Of a stretch of DNA of 48,585 nt, positions 1 through 8,984 are shown piece after piece (within the stretch, counting starts at the first letter, position 1; the number at the start of each line of letters is the position of its first letter). A program made the position numbers and the translations under genes. Source of the DNA: a virus (Duplodnaviria > Caudoviricetes); IMG/VR virus record IMGVR_UViG_3300023065_000152, positions 1-48,585 of that record. One strand, given 5' to 3'. The notes below the pieces were generated by a model. It was not told the DNA's origin. It made no database searches and saw only the letters and a list, made by a program, of their open reading frames with translations.

Positions 1-699
1 TTAATCCTCCGGCCATGTCCAGGACGGCCAGTAATACCCCTGGCCGAGATCTGCGCCTGCCTGCAGTGCCCAGGTACGATCGCGTTCAGTCTCAATACCT
101 TCGATAAGCACTTTCCCGGCCAGCTGAAAGCAAAGGGAAACCAGTTGCCTCAGCGCAGGGGTGTCGCGTAAACGCCAGAATGCTTCCTTATCTATTTTGA
201 TGCCGCTTAACGGGAGTCGGCAGGATAAAAACGACTGCACTAAGACGTCATCCACGTCATCCAGCCAGATAGCGTGTCCCTGTCTGCGAAGCTGCTGCAG
301 ATTCTGAACCGCATGCTGCTTTTGCGCGACGGGCAGCGCCAAAAAGGACGCGAGGTCGACAATCTCAATATTGAGCGGCACGCCGGGCAACCGGATAAGT
401 CGCTGAAAAGACGCAGGCTCTGTCAGGACGGTTATCGGCAGATTAATAAAAAGGTTATGACCGTGCGGCGGTTTTTTTAACGCGGCAAGCTGTGCTTCAA
501 GCAGCGTTATCGACCAGTCTGCGGACCGATCGCAAAAAAAGTCCTCGCTGTGCCGCGTGTCGGACAGAACGCTAAGTACCTCCACGCCAACATGGCGCAT
601 GGAGGAAAGGGCGACGATGGGCTCTAGCTTAATGCCGACGATGTCCTGAGAAATGTACTGTAACCGGGGGGGCGTATCGATCGGGTTTTGCGCTGTCAC
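1..699 (-). CDS. Host EAL-domain protein, probably degenerate c-di-GMP phosphodiesterase-like
   Basis: EAL motifs in order: EPIV, EVLS, FINLP, IEI, WLDD, IKIDK, IEGIET, GQGYY. Loop-6 DDFGTG is replaced by DDVDDV. GTG start. High GC, outside the prophage. Confidence 0.8.
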   Translation of the reverse strand: MTAQNPIDTPPRLQYISQDIVGIKLEPIVALSSMRHVGVEVLSVLSDTRHSEDFFCDRSADWSITLLEAQLAALKKPPHGHNLFINLPITVLTEPASFQRLIRLPGVPLNIEIVDLASFLALPVAQKQHAVQNLQQLRRQGHAIWLDDVDDVLVQSFLSCRLPLSGIKIDKEAFWRLRDTPALRQLVSLCFQLAGKVLIEGIETERDRTWALQAGADLGQGYYWPSWTWPED

Positions 700-910
700 T
701 CCATTGTCCTGTTGTCTGTCAGCCTCCAGGCGGCCGGGATACCTGACTCTAGTGTGACGAGCTGACGTTCAGGAAAACAGCAGGCGTTACTTAAATGCAA
801 CTAAGCCTTTTCGCAGCGCTAAATTTTACGGTGAAACAGGGGAGAATGTTGAGAAAATAGCCGTATTTACAATCGGCTAGCGGTAATTGCCGTGGAAAAC
901 GGAAAAGGCA

Positions 911-938
911 TTGACTCACCTGCCATTGACCGTATAAT
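911..938 (+). promoter_or_regulatory. Sigma70 promoter of the tRNA gene
   Basis: TTGACT (911-916), 16-nt spacer, TATAAT (933-938), upstream of the tRNA. Confidence 0.8.
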
Positions 939-977
939 TCTTCGCGTTTCACCACCGCGAAGTTCACGCTTTTCAGT

Positions 978-1054
978 GCGCCCTTAGCTCAGTTGGATAG
1001 AGCAACGGCCTTCTAAGCCGTAGGTCGTAGGTTCGAATCCTACAGGGCGTGCCA
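978..1054 (+). tRNA. argU: tRNA-Arg (anticodon TCT); prophage attachment site
   Basis: 77-nt cloverleaf GCGCCCTTAGCTCAGTTGGATAGAGC...CTTCTAA...GTTCGAATCC...GCCA, directly adjacent to the integrase 3' end. Confidence 0.97.
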
Positions 1055-1069
1055 TTATTAATCATGCAC

Positions 1070-2233
1070 TTACGCCTCCTTCAATTCCTCCTTATTTACG
1101 GCGTGGGACATATTTGGGACATCAACCCCAAAAATTGAGTCAATTTGCTTCGCATGCTCAGTTAAATGGTTAGGTGCTAAGTGGGCATATCGACGGACCA
1201 TTTCGATACTTTCCCAGCCGCCCATTTCCTGCAATACAGATAACGGAACACCAGACTGAATTAACCAGCTCGCCCACGTATGTCTCAGGTCGTGGAACCG
1301 GAAATCCTCAATACCTGCACGACGACATGCTGCATTCCATGCGCTCTGGTCATCAACCCGCATCTTCCTTACTGATGGCGTCTTAGAACCATCAGGACGA
1401 ACACCGGCTTTCATGTGGACGAACACCCATTTATGATGATTGCCAATCTGATCGCGTAGTACCTTACAGGCCGTATCATTCAGTGCTACGCCAATAGCTC
1501 TGTTTGATTTGCTGTCTTCAGGATTCACCCAGGCAACCCGACGCTGCATGTCGATTTGCTGCCACTCCATATTGATGATGTTTGAACGGCGAAGCCCAGT
1601 CGCCAGCGCAAACTTAACAACCGACTTCAGTGGCTCCGGGCATTCCTCAATAAGCCTCTTCGCTTCCTCATGCTCCAGCCATCTAACCCGCTTATTCCTC
1701 ACCGCGGGAACTTTAATCACAGGTGCTTTCTCAAGCCATTTCCAGTCACGTTCTGCCGCGCGCAGAATGGCTTTCATCAGTGCCAGATGTTTGGCCTTGG
1801 TTGAAGTGGTGACGGGGGAGGCTGAATACACTGGTGCAGGATGTCCATTCTTCTGCGCCGCTGCTGCCTGAATCTTCCATATCTCAAGCAGCTTGCGGTT
1901 GCTCATCTTGTTTACTGCTGAGTAAATCCTTTGCTCAGTGACATCCTTTAATCGAATCCCTTCGAAGTGTGCCAGCCAGAATGCCATGCGGCTGCGGTCG
2001 TCCTTCAGTGACTTCTTCTCGGCCTTTTCCTCAAGCCACCGCATACACGCATCATCAAACGTTACATCAGGGAAATCGCCAAGCCGGTCTACTCGCCACA
2101 GTTCAGCTTTGCGCTTGTCATGTAGTTCAGTAGCGAGCCGCTTGTCGGAAGTCCCAAGGCTTTCCTTAATTCGCTTCCCGCCCGGGAGCGAGTACGATGC
2201 GTACCATATTTCACCTCTGCGGAAGAGTGACAT
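1070..2233 (-). CDS. int: Tyrosine integrase (P22 Int / DLP12 IntD-like)
   Basis: [22 protein letters not shown] and RRYAH catalytic motifs; N-terminus [13 protein letters not shown]. Confidence 0.97.
   Translation of the reverse strand: MSLFRRGEIWYASYSLPGGKRIKESLGTSDKRLATELHDKRKAELWRVDRLGDFPDVTFDDACMRWLEEKAEKKSLKDDRSRMAFWLAHFEGIRLKDVTEQRIYSAVNKMSNRKLLEIWKIQAAAAQKNGHPAPVYSASPVTTSTKAKHLALMKAILRAAERDWKWLEKAPVIKVPAVRNKRVRWLEHEEAKRLIEECPEPLKSVVKFALATGLRRSNIINMEWQQIDMQRRVAWVNPEDSKSNRAIGVALNDTACKVLRDQIGNHHKWVFVHMKAGVRPDGSKTPSVRKMRVDDQSAWNAACRRAGIEDFRFHDLRHTWASWLIQSGVPLSVLQEMGGWESIEMVRRYAHLAPNHLTEHAKQIDSIFGVDVPNMSHAVNKEELKEA
1104..1122. repeat. Direct repeat TGGGACAT x2, likely Int arm-type binding sites
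   Basis: TGGGACAT at 1104-1111 and 1115-1122 (11-bp period), about 50 bp from att. Confidence 0.55.
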
Positions 2234-2460
2234 TTCGTTTCCTCTTTAATGCCATCACCCGCGCTCACGCCGACAGTATGCAGCGGAGACTGAAGCGCCG
2301 CAATGCAGGCTTGCCGTGTTGTGAGGTATGGGGATTTAGGTTTTGAAGGGTCTTTGCGTGTTGCCTGAAGGCGGCCTGTGCGGATCCAGTTAGTAGCGGT
2401 AGGTCTGGATATCTTTAGAAATGCACAGGCCTCATCGAGTGTGAGACTGTGTGATTTCAT
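2089..2460 (-). CDS. xis: Excisionase (HTH, P22 Xis-like)
   Basis: [26 protein letters not shown] excisionase-type HTH; overlaps the int start. Confidence 0.85.
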   Translation of the reverse strand: MKSHSLTLDEACAFLKISRPTATNWIRTGRLQATRKDPSKPKSPYLTTRQACIAALQSPLHTVGVSAGDGIKEETKCHSSAEVKYGTHRTRSRAGSELRKALGLPTSGSLLNYMTSAKLNCGE

Positions 2461-2462
2461 TG

Positions 2463-2888
2463 TTACTCCTTGACGGCAAAGTCACAGGGAACCAATTTTC
2501 CAATTTCCAGCATGAATTCTCCGTAATGCATGTCGACAATATCCTGATTGCCGTTGCGGTAATATTTTGCATCCACAGATGGTTTCACAACCAACGCATC
2601 GGAACCAAACTGATCAGCAGTAATATCCACAATCAATGCCCCTGTCGCTGCTTCAACCTCCACCCAATAATGACCACTTCCAATGCCATCCTTAAAGAAC
2701 CCTCCATCATCCTTTCCATCTCCACCGCGAACGATTGATTGGTAATCAGTAAACTGGCTTACCATAGTGTGGACAAGATGAGCACCATACAAACAGGCCC
2801 CCTTAGTATTGTCTTTGTTCATGCAGTGAAGAAGGGCATCTTGCAGTATCCTTCGCGCAAGGTGAGCGATTTCTTCTATTTGCTTCAT
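2463..2888 (-). CDS. Hypothetical protein with a putative Cys-His-Asp (transglutaminase/papain-like) triad
   Basis: GACLY...GHYWVEV...IVDITADQF; GGAG RBS. Confidence 0.55.
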   Translation of the reverse strand: MKQIEEIAHLARRILQDALLHCMNKDNTKGACLYGAHLVHTMVSQFTDYQSIVRGGDGKDDGGFFKDGIGSGHYWVEVEAATGALIVDITADQFGSDALVVKPSVDAKYYRNGNQDIVDMHYGEFMLEIGKLVPCDFAVKE

Positions 2889-2902
2889 TATCTATCTCCA
2901 AT

Positions 2903-2924
2903 AAAAAACCGCCATTGCGGCGGT
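2903..2924 (-). terminator. Rho-independent terminator
   Basis: ACCGCC/GGCGGT stem followed by a T-run on the minus strand. Confidence 0.7.
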
Positions 2925-3692
2925 CTAGTCGATGCGGATGTGTTCTGCTATAGCTTCATAGATTACCTGTGGTACTGCATCGCTATGCGGGCAATCTATG
3001 TAAGCTTTCTCTATCTTAGAGATGATGATGTCTCGCTTCTTATCTGCTTCTGAACGGATGGGACGGAAAGAGCCATGTGGTAATGAGTAGTCGAGCAATG
3101 AGTAAATCCCGTCACCTTCAAGCCATCTTCCAATAACTGCGCCATTATCATGGGCAAGTATTTTTGCTAAAAACCACTCACCCCTTCCAGAGTCATATAG
3201 AGCTTCACACTCACACCCCACAGGAGGCAAGCCCTCGCCATCCCATTCTGGTTTCTGATGCTCTGACTTGTGCAATCGGTATGCCACGACATCGGCACCA
3301 TTACTGAAATGTTCCCAGTGGAAATTATCTGCGACATCACCATCAAGATCAGCCTGACCCTGCGCGCGGAATTTAACGTCAACCACCACATCACCATCTA
3401 CCGGGCACTCACCACCACACCACGAAATCCAGCCATCGGAATCAGGTTTGTTGATGATCATCTCTTTTCTGGCTGCAAGTGCGATTTCATATTGCTCGCG
3501 GGTGACAACTTCTGAGGATATGAATATCTGTGGTGAAAAAAGCGTGTTAGATAGGCTTGGTGGGCTCACATAATCAAAATAAAAATTCACACTCCTACCG
3601 CCTTTAGTTGAAGCTGCCTTAACTATGCTGCTTGGCCACTCCCATCCTTTTTTTGCCTCGGAAATCAAAAAATCAATAAGTTTCACATCCAT
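2925..3692 (-). CDS. Phage accessory hypothetical protein
   Basis: 255-aa ORF with GGAG RBS; contains WISWCGGECPV and WDGEGLPPVG motifs typical of phage early-region proteins. Confidence 0.75.
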   Translation of the reverse strand: MDVKLIDFLISEAKKGWEWPSSIVKAASTKGGRSVNFYFDYVSPPSLSNTLFSPQIFISSEVVTREQYEIALAARKEMIINKPDSDGWISWCGGECPVDGDVVVDVKFRAQGQADLDGDVADNFHWEHFSNGADVVAYRLHKSEHQKPEWDGEGLPPVGCECEALYDSGRGEWFLAKILAHDNGAVIGRWLEGDGIYSLLDYSLPHGSFRPIRSEADKKRDIIISKIEKAYIDCPHSDAVPQVIYEAIAEHIRID

Positions 3693-3696
3693 CTCC

Positions 3697-3897
3697 TTAC
3701 GCTAATTTCTTATACACGCGAGGCTCATCAACAGTAGCCGCGCGAAGTTCGTGTTCGTGATGCACCGAGTAGTTGCCGCCATCCCATTTGCACCAGCACC
3801 TAGGATGGTCGCTATCCGGCTCAATCTGGCTCTCAACCATCCCTCTGATGCCTCCAGACTTAAGCTGCACTAACGCGCCCACAGAAAATTTAGCCAT
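3697..3897 (-). CDS. YodC/DUF2158-like small protein
   Basis: F-x-VG-x-LVQLKSGG...CxW pattern. Confidence 0.6.
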   Translation of the reverse strand: MAKFSVGALVQLKSGGIRGMVESQIEPDSDHPRCWCKWDGGNYSVHHEHELRAATVDEPRVYKKLA

Positions 3898-3986
3898 AAC
3901 AAGCCCTCTGACATGTGAATGAGTGAAGAGATAGCGCTCAGAGCCATAATTCCGACTATGAGCCAGATAATTGGATTAGCGTGCAT
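3870..3986 (-). CDS. Small hydrophobic membrane peptide (38 aa, not in ORF track)
   Basis: Hand translation MHANPIIWLIVGIMALSAISSLIHMSEGLLWLNFLWAR; GGAG RBS upstream. Confidence 0.5.
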   Translation of the reverse strand: MHANPIIWLIVGIMALSAISSLIHMSEGLLWLNFLWAR

Positions 3987-4027
3987 GGTGACTCCGGATA
4001 AAGAAAAACCAGCTGGGTGCGGGTTTG

Positions 4028-4639
4028 TTATTGGTGGGGTTGTGCAATTAGCGGTATAACTTGCACATCGAAACCTCCACTTCTGTGCAGAGATACCGCA
4101 GACTCCATCGCTACCTCATCCTCAAATATCTTTTTGAAGTTACTGCCTGGCTGTCCATGCATTGTGAATATCACTTTCCATGCCAAAGGTTGAGCCGGAA
4201 TCACCGGAGAGTTGCCATCGGCACCCTGAAGCATGGCGGCGCGGCACTCTTCAACAGCCTGACACAGCTTGGTACGGTGATGCCCAGCCATAGTCCCTTT
4301 GTTCCAGTCATGCCCCATTGTCATACCGTAAGCATGGTGGAGAAGGCGCTTGAAACACTCCGGCACAGATACCGTCGCTGGCGGGTAGGTGACATTGGCA
4401 AACGCAGCGCGCAATCCCGTCTTAATTTCCTCTACGTCATCAGCTCCAAGTGATGAATCTGACAGAGCATGATGGAACGCGAAAGCCATATAGTCATTGA
4501 TGGCCACAGGCTCCGCTTCGAGCGATGCCAGCGCGATACGCGCCATTTCCATAATTTCATCGTCAGTGATTGGAGATATGATTCGGCCTGCACCAAACTC
4601 TAAAATGTCTTTCACACGCTCTTCGGAAATAGTGCTCAT
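4028..4639 (-). CDS. Eaa-like phage early protein
   Basis: MARIALASLEAEPVA and CRAAMLQG...NSPVIP modules typical of P22 ea-region proteins. Confidence 0.65.
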   Translation of the reverse strand: MSTISEERVKDILEFGAGRIISPITDDEIMEMARIALASLEAEPVAINDYMAFAFHHALSDSSLGADDVEEIKTGLRAAFANVTYPPATVSVPECFKRLLHHAYGMTMGHDWNKGTMAGHHRTKLCQAVEECRAAMLQGADGNSPVIPAQPLAWKVIFTMHGQPGSNFKKIFEDEVAMESAVSLHRSGGFDVQVIPLIAQPHQ

Positions 4640-4989
4640 GATGCCTCTCCTTTACAGGCTGCCGCTGCCGACTCTTCATATGCGCGTTTGGAGGCATTCA
4701 GAATTGCAGCCAGCGGCGTGTAAGCACCTCCACCTGTGATTGTGTTGTGAATGCCAGCCATTGCCTCGCGAAGATTTTCGTGGCTGGCTGACAGCTCAGC
4801 AATCCGCTTCTCTACGGCTTCCAGCTTTTCACGGTTTGACTCCGCCGTTTTTCTCCACGTCGAGCTGATTCGCTCTTCTGCTTCCAGTTCATCCAGCAGC
4901 GCCAGCGCTAACTTCCGCAGGTGGACATTACTTCCGATCGCTGGGTTCGATAACTCTTCCCGTAATGCGCGTTTGTCGATGTTGCTCAT
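4636..4989 (-). CDS. Ead/Ea22-like protein
   Basis: MSNIDKRALRE...LALLDELEA...coiled coil. Confidence 0.7.
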   Translation of the reverse strand: MSNIDKRALREELSNPAIGSNVHLRKLALALLDELEAEERISSTWRKTAESNREKLEAVEKRIAELSASHENLREAMAGIHNTITGGGAYTPLAAILNASKRAYEESAAAACKGEAS

Positions 4990-5492
4990 TGGGCGTTACC
5001 TCCATCATTCGCAAACTCACCATGAATCTCTGCCCGAGCTTTTTTAATTGCCTCAGCCGCTTCCTGCTTGTCAGAAAAGGATCCAACATTGATGTGCTTG
5101 CCTTCATACATAATTGAGGCCTTCCATTTTTTAGAGTTCCGGCACCATGAAACGCCCTTTATTCCGGAAGTATTGGTGGACTGTATCTTCCTGTTAAGCG
5201 CGTTTTGTCTTAAAGAGACAATGCGGAGATTGGCGATCCTGTTGTCTTTCCTGTCGCCATTAATGTGGTCCATAATCCCTTCTGGAAACTCTCCATATAC
5301 GTATAACCATGCGAGTCTATGAGAAAGATAAACAACACCGTCCACGCAAAAACGCAGATATCCATGTGAATTAGTTGTTCCAGCTATATCGCCTTTAATC
5401 GCCCTGCTAGATGTCGACTTTATCCTTGTGAATACACCCGTATAGCTGTTGTAGTGAAATAACTCCCTGAGCCTTTTCTGAGTAAGCATCAT
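4986..5492 (-). CDS. HNH homing endonuclease with C-terminal AP2-like DNA-binding domain
   Basis: HRLAW...MDHINGDRKDNRIANLR; NTSGIKGVSW...KWKASI...GSF...HGEFA. Confidence 0.92.
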   Translation of the reverse strand: MMLTQKRLRELFHYNSYTGVFTRIKSTSSRAIKGDIAGTTNSHGYLRFCVDGVVYLSHRLAWLYVYGEFPEGIMDHINGDRKDNRIANLRIVSLRQNALNRKIQSTNTSGIKGVSWCRNSKKWKASIMYEGKHINVGSFSDKQEAAEAIKKARAEIHGEFANDGGNAQ

Positions 5493-5752
5493 TCACCCCT
5501 TTCGCTCATATAGGCGTCCGTAGCTGGGGTTTTGATGTCGTTAAGCGCATCAGTGAATCCGCCACGCTCCATACCTAATTCAGCTTCATAATCAGCATCG
5601 AACGCAGCGTCTTTGCAGAATTTCTTCAGCCCCGCATTCTCCGCAGCCAGCGCCGCGCATCTGGCTTCAAGTGCGGCGTAGTCTTCATATTTAACAAGGT
5701 TCCCATTCGGGTCTATGCCATCTACGCCTACGCTATAACGATTCACGCTCAT
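5489..5752 (-). CDS. Ea-region coiled-coil protein, possibly 3'-truncated by the HNH gene
   Basis: ATG at 5752 overlaps the upstream stop; VKYEDYAALEARCAALAAENAGLK...IKTPATDA. Confidence 0.6.
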   Translation of the reverse strand: MSVNRYSVGVDGIDPNGNLVKYEDYAALEARCAALAAENAGLKKFCKDAAFDADYEAELGMERGGFTDALNDIKTPATDAYMSERGE

Positions 5753-5922
5753 TTCTTCGCCCTCTGGTTTAACCACGCTGTCAGGAATTTGTTCTCGTTC
5801 ACGCTTGGGAATGATTCGCGCTTCAGCATTTCTTCGCGTGGGATATCGCTGATGGGTTTGAAGCGGTGGCCGGCGATAAGCTCTTGGGGTTGTATGAAGG
5901 GGTCGTATGTCATGCCTATCAT
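5749..5922 (-). CDS. Small conserved phage protein (DUF2737-like; not in ORF track)
   Basis: Hand translation MIGMTYDPFIQPQELIAGHRFKPISDIPREEMLKRESFPSVNENKFLTAWLNQRAKK; ATGA-coupled on both sides. Confidence 0.65.
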   Translation of the reverse strand: MIGMTYDPFIQPQELIAGHRFKPISDIPREEMLKRESFPSVNENKFLTAWLNQRAKK

Positions 5923-6209
5923 TGTGCACGCTCCAGAAAGTCATTAACGCCTTCTGCCAGCTCGATAGACAGGTCGTCGATGTGGGTTTTCAGCTCTTCC
6001 AGTGACTGTGCTTCGGATTCCAGAATCTCTTTGTGGCAAAGCTCTTTCACCAGCTTGTCGAGGGTGCTGAAGTAGCCGAGGCGAGAGATAATTTCCCTTC
6101 CAAAGTTCTTGCTCTTCTCGTCTGTTACTTTTTTCTTTTCGCTGAGAACGAGGTCAAACTTAGTGCCGGTGATTACGTATTTACTGCCAACTTCGATATT
6201 GAGTTTCAT
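5919..6209 (-). CDS. Hypothetical phage protein (DUF5405-like)
   Basis: Likely start MKLNIEVGSKYVIT with AAGGA RBS; the upstream ORF extension overlaps another gene. Confidence 0.6.
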   Translation of the reverse strand: MKLNIEVGSKYVITGTKFDLVLSEKKKVTDEKSKNFGREIISRLGYFSTLDKLVKELCHKEILESEAQSLEELKTHIDDLSIELAEGVNDFLERAQ

Positions 6210-6219
6210 GATGGTTTCC

Positions 6220-6558
6220 TTAGTCACTACGGACATGACCAAATCGGCCGTAGTAAACACGGTCACGGTCATTGCATCTTGATGGTTGTTTAGGTCCGAC
6301 TGTTTCCCAGCCAGGAGAGAAGGAGGCCATGAAGTTGTCATGCCAGAGCTTTGACTCGTACTTTCTTGTGAGCTTTTCTATCCAGTAATCGTCCTGTGCA
6401 TCCTGAATCTGCTCAGGCGTGCGCTCATCCTTTGGCAGAGTTCCTTTCTCTTTCTGCTGGTAGTAAAGCTCCAGGCCAGCGCATACCCGGGCAATAACTT
6501 CTTCCTTCGATTCCAGTTTTTTAGGTGCACGGAAATAACCATTTTCATCAGGTGACAT
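6220..6558 (-). CDS. Hypothetical protein
   Basis: 112-aa ORF with AAGGA RBS, in the pL operon direction. Confidence 0.65.
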   Translation of the reverse strand: MSPDENGYFRAPKKLESKEEVIARVCAGLELYYQQKEKGTLPKDERTPEQIQDAQDDYWIEKLTRKYESKLWHDNFMASFSPGWETVGPKQPSRCNDRDRVYYGRFGHVRSD

Positions 6559-6633
6559 GGCTTAATCCTTAAACTGGAGGCGAAGTTATGCCGCCTCCGT
6601 GAGGTGAAATAGAATGTTCAGGTGGTGGTTAAA

Positions 6634-7005
6634 TCAGAAGGGGATAGTTGAGTCGAAATCTGGTTCAGGATGTTGCTGTGCGGCCTGTTTGTTGCCAGAA
6701 GAACCGAAGTCAATATCCATTACGATGATTACCGGCTGTGAGCGCTTACCGCCGTTCTGGTCTGTCCATTCTTCCATGACAAACTCGCCAGTTACCGTAA
6801 CCTTTGTTCCCTTTGTCAGGTATTGTGGAAGCTTCTCTGCTTTCGCACCGAACAGCATGCACTTAACCCAGGAAGTTTTTTCTCTTTCACCATATCCCTG
6901 ACGAACAGGAAGAGAGAATGATGCGATGCACTTCTGGTTAGGCGTCCAGCGCTGCTCTGCGTCCTTTCCGATATTGCCTGATGCACAAATTACGTTGATG
7001 CTCAT
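6634..7005 (-). CDS. ssb: Single-stranded DNA-binding protein
   Basis: GNIGKDAE...LTKGTKVTVTG OB fold; C-terminal DFDSTIPF. Confidence 0.95.
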   Translation of the reverse strand: MSINVICASGNIGKDAEQRWTPNQKCIASFSLPVRQGYGEREKTSWVKCMLFGAKAEKLPQYLTKGTKVTVTGEFVMEEWTDQNGGKRSQPVIIVMDIDFGSSGNKQAAQQHPEPDFDSTIPF

Positions 7006-7637
7006 TATGCTGCGACCCCTTCAATTTCTGATTTACGATCTAAATAAACTGACTTGGCTTTGTCGTGCTGCTCTGTGCCAGAAAGCTTCTTGTCTACAGC
7101 CTTCCATGCCTCTTCAAGCTCAGGCAAAGTTGCTTTCAGTGCGTATGCTGAGAAGTCAGTTAAGAACTGCTGAGGAGAGCGAGAATCATGCTGCTTGGCA
7201 TGATTTGCTGCCTGTTGTTGTTTCACAGGCTGCTGCGCGCCCTGCTGCTGCTTGTGCTCGTCAGTGTCAGCGTCTTTGGCATCATCAATACCGAATAACC
7301 CGTTAAGGCAGTATTTGCGCGCATATGAGCTTGTAGCGCCCGTTACCTGAGCAGCATCCATTCCCTTCTTGTTTTCTTCTTCTCGCGCCATAGCGCTTGC
7401 TGAGTGGCTATTTTCACCATCCGTGATGGTTGCAGTAGCTTTTACGTAGTAGCGATCGCCAATTAGTACGATTTCATCGCTAATGGAAAGAAACAAACCT
7501 TTCAGCAGCGGCTTAACCCCTTCCAAGATATCTTCGCAGCTGCGGTATTTGTATTTACCAAACGAGTTGTACTGATTTTTTGGCGCGTTTAAGTGCGCCT
7601 GTATATCAGCAAGGCGCTCATAAAATTGAATGCTCAT
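7005..7637 (-). CDS. erf: ERF-family single-strand annealing protein
   Basis: KYRSCEDIL...AQVTGATSSYARKYCLNGLFGIDD. Confidence 0.93.
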   Translation of the reverse strand: MSIQFYERLADIQAHLNAPKNQYNSFGKYKYRSCEDILEGVKPLLKGLFLSISDEIVLIGDRYYVKATATITDGENSHSASAMAREEENKKGMDAAQVTGATSSYARKYCLNGLFGIDDAKDADTDEHKQQQGAQQPVKQQQAANHAKQHDSRSPQQFLTDFSAYALKATLPELEEAWKAVDKKLSGTEQHDKAKSVYLDRKSEIEGVAA

Positions 7638-7644
7638 ATAAACC

Positions 7645-7815
7645 TCAGAACGGGCATCCGCCCAGGAAATAACGTTGATTAAGCACTTCTAATCGCGACA
7701 GGTTGAGATACACACGCATACGCTCTCTGTCACCCTTGTGACGCCACCACAGAGCCTGCGTTGTTGTCAGGCGGCGTTGTAGCTGACTCTCTTTCACTGT
7801 TGTTGTCGGCCGCAT
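7645..7815 (-). CDS. Hypothetical protein
   Basis: GGAGG RBS before ATG 7815; 56 aa. Confidence 0.55.
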   Translation of the reverse strand: MRPTTTVKESQLQRRLTTTQALWWRHKGDRERMRVYLNLSRLEVLNQRYFLGGCPF

Positions 7816-7887
7816 GGAAACCTCCTTGGCTGCCAATTAAATCTTTCATCAGATGGTAAAACTGCTCGTCTGACATATCTCTGATAC

Positions 7888-8034
7888 TCATGATTTGCGA
7901 TACCACGGCATGCCAACTGCTGACTTCATTTGCTCATTGGCCTGCAGCCACATCTGAGCGTTCCCGAGATAGCGAGCGATAACCGCTTTGCTCTGCGCTG
8001 CTTTGAGCAGGCTGTGATTTATAACTGGTGACAT
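7888..8034 (-). CDS. kil: Kil-like cell division inhibitor (not in ORF track)
   Basis: Hand translation MSPVINHSLLKAAQSKAVIARYLGNAQMWLQANEQMKSAVGMPWYRKS; resembles the lambda Kil core; canonical position after cIII. Confidence 0.7.
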   Translation of the reverse strand: MSPVINHSLLKAAQSKAVIARYLGNAQMWLQANEQMKSAVGMPWYRKS

Positions 8035-8153
8035 AAACCCTCCAGGTGCTTACGGGCAGCACGAATAAGACGGCGAACACGTTTGGATAATTCGGATTCA
8101 GCGGGGAAATAAGCGGACATGACGCCGCTACCCGCGAAGCTGTAGTGCATCAT
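8019..8153 (-). CDS. cIII: CIII protein (FtsH inhibitor; not in ORF track)
   Basis: Hand translation MMHYSFAGSGVMSAYFPAESELSKRVRRLIRAARKHLEGLCHQL, closely P22 CIII-like. Confidence 0.85.
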   Translation of the reverse strand: MMHYSFAGSGVMSAYFPAESELSKRVRRLIRAARKHLEGLCHQL

Positions 8154-8239
8154 GGGCTGGTTCCTTATGTTGTGTGTGATTGCATAGCGATAGAGACTCG
8201 TGAATCTCTGTTGATATGCGCATATGAAAAAGCCGCTTG

Positions 8240-8494
8240 TTAGGCGGCTTCTGATTTCTCTTCTTCGTAACGCTCGATAACCTCGTCGCTGTATCCGTTC
8301 TCTGTTAGGTAGGAGATGATTTCATCCATTTCCATCTCAGCAAAAGCGGTATCTAAAAGGTGATGGCAAAATTCTTTAATATCGCCTTTGGTGTCTAAGT
8401 AGAACTTAATGGTCGTGTTATCTTCTTTGACTGTTACTTCTCTCCATCCACCATTTGATGAATAATTTGCAACTTTTCGAATATCAATTTCCAT
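8240..8494 (-). CDS. Acidic hypothetical protein
   Basis: 84 aa, GGAGG RBS, followed by a terminator-like hairpin. Confidence 0.7.
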   Translation of the reverse strand: MEIDIRKVANYSSNGGWREVTVKEDNTTIKFYLDTKGDIKEFCHHLLDTAFAEMEMDEIISYLTENGYSDEVIERYEEEKSEAA

Positions 8495-8508
8495 GCTTTC
8501 CTCCAGGC

Positions 8509-8539
8509 AAAAAGAATGCCGCCCTGACTGCTGGCGGCA
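8509..8539 (-). terminator. Rho-independent terminator
   Basis: TGCCGCC/GGCGGCA stem plus TTCTTTTT on the minus strand. Confidence 0.7.
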
Positions 8540-8735
8540 AAGACATAACTAGGGATTTCCAATAATCAGAACTATCGAATCGTCTCCGATAGTACGGTGC
8601 GGTATTACACCCAATAGCTAACTCAGAGAATTAGCTATCAGCTGCTATTCGCTTGGTGGTTCAGGTAATGGCATCCAGTGGGTATGCTTATAATGCGTCA
8701 AATAATCTTCAATCAAACTAGTTTTGTGTATGAAA

Positions 8736-8984
8736 TCAGGTAGGTTTGCGGTCTACGGCTTCCCATAAGTTTTCTGCTTCTTTCGTATGGGTGTAGGGTT
8801 CCCAGCCTTGCGATTTTACGTCTTCTAAACGCACTTGATTGAGTGACTCGCGACCTAAGCGCTCACTCACATATACGTCTGGTGAGTAGTAAGCCTCATT
8901 ACCGTCAACATAGATCATGTCAAAATAGTCCTCTGGTTGGTCCAGCAGGCGACGCAGTGTAAAGCCGTTATTTAATTTCATCAC
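8736..8984 (-). CDS. Hypothetical protein
   Basis: 82 aa; GTG start overlaps the upstream TGA. Confidence 0.55.
   Translation of the reverse strand: MMKLNNGFTLRRLLDQPEDYFDMIYVDGNEAYYSPDVYVSERLGRESLNQVRLEDVKSQGWEPYTHTKEAENLWEAVDRKPT

Noticed and set aside
7730-7891. 53-codon minus-strand ORF coupled to kil (MSIRDMSDEQFYHLMKDLIGSQGG...)
   Set aside because: It may be real, but half of it overlaps the 7645-7815 gene out of frame and nothing else supports it.
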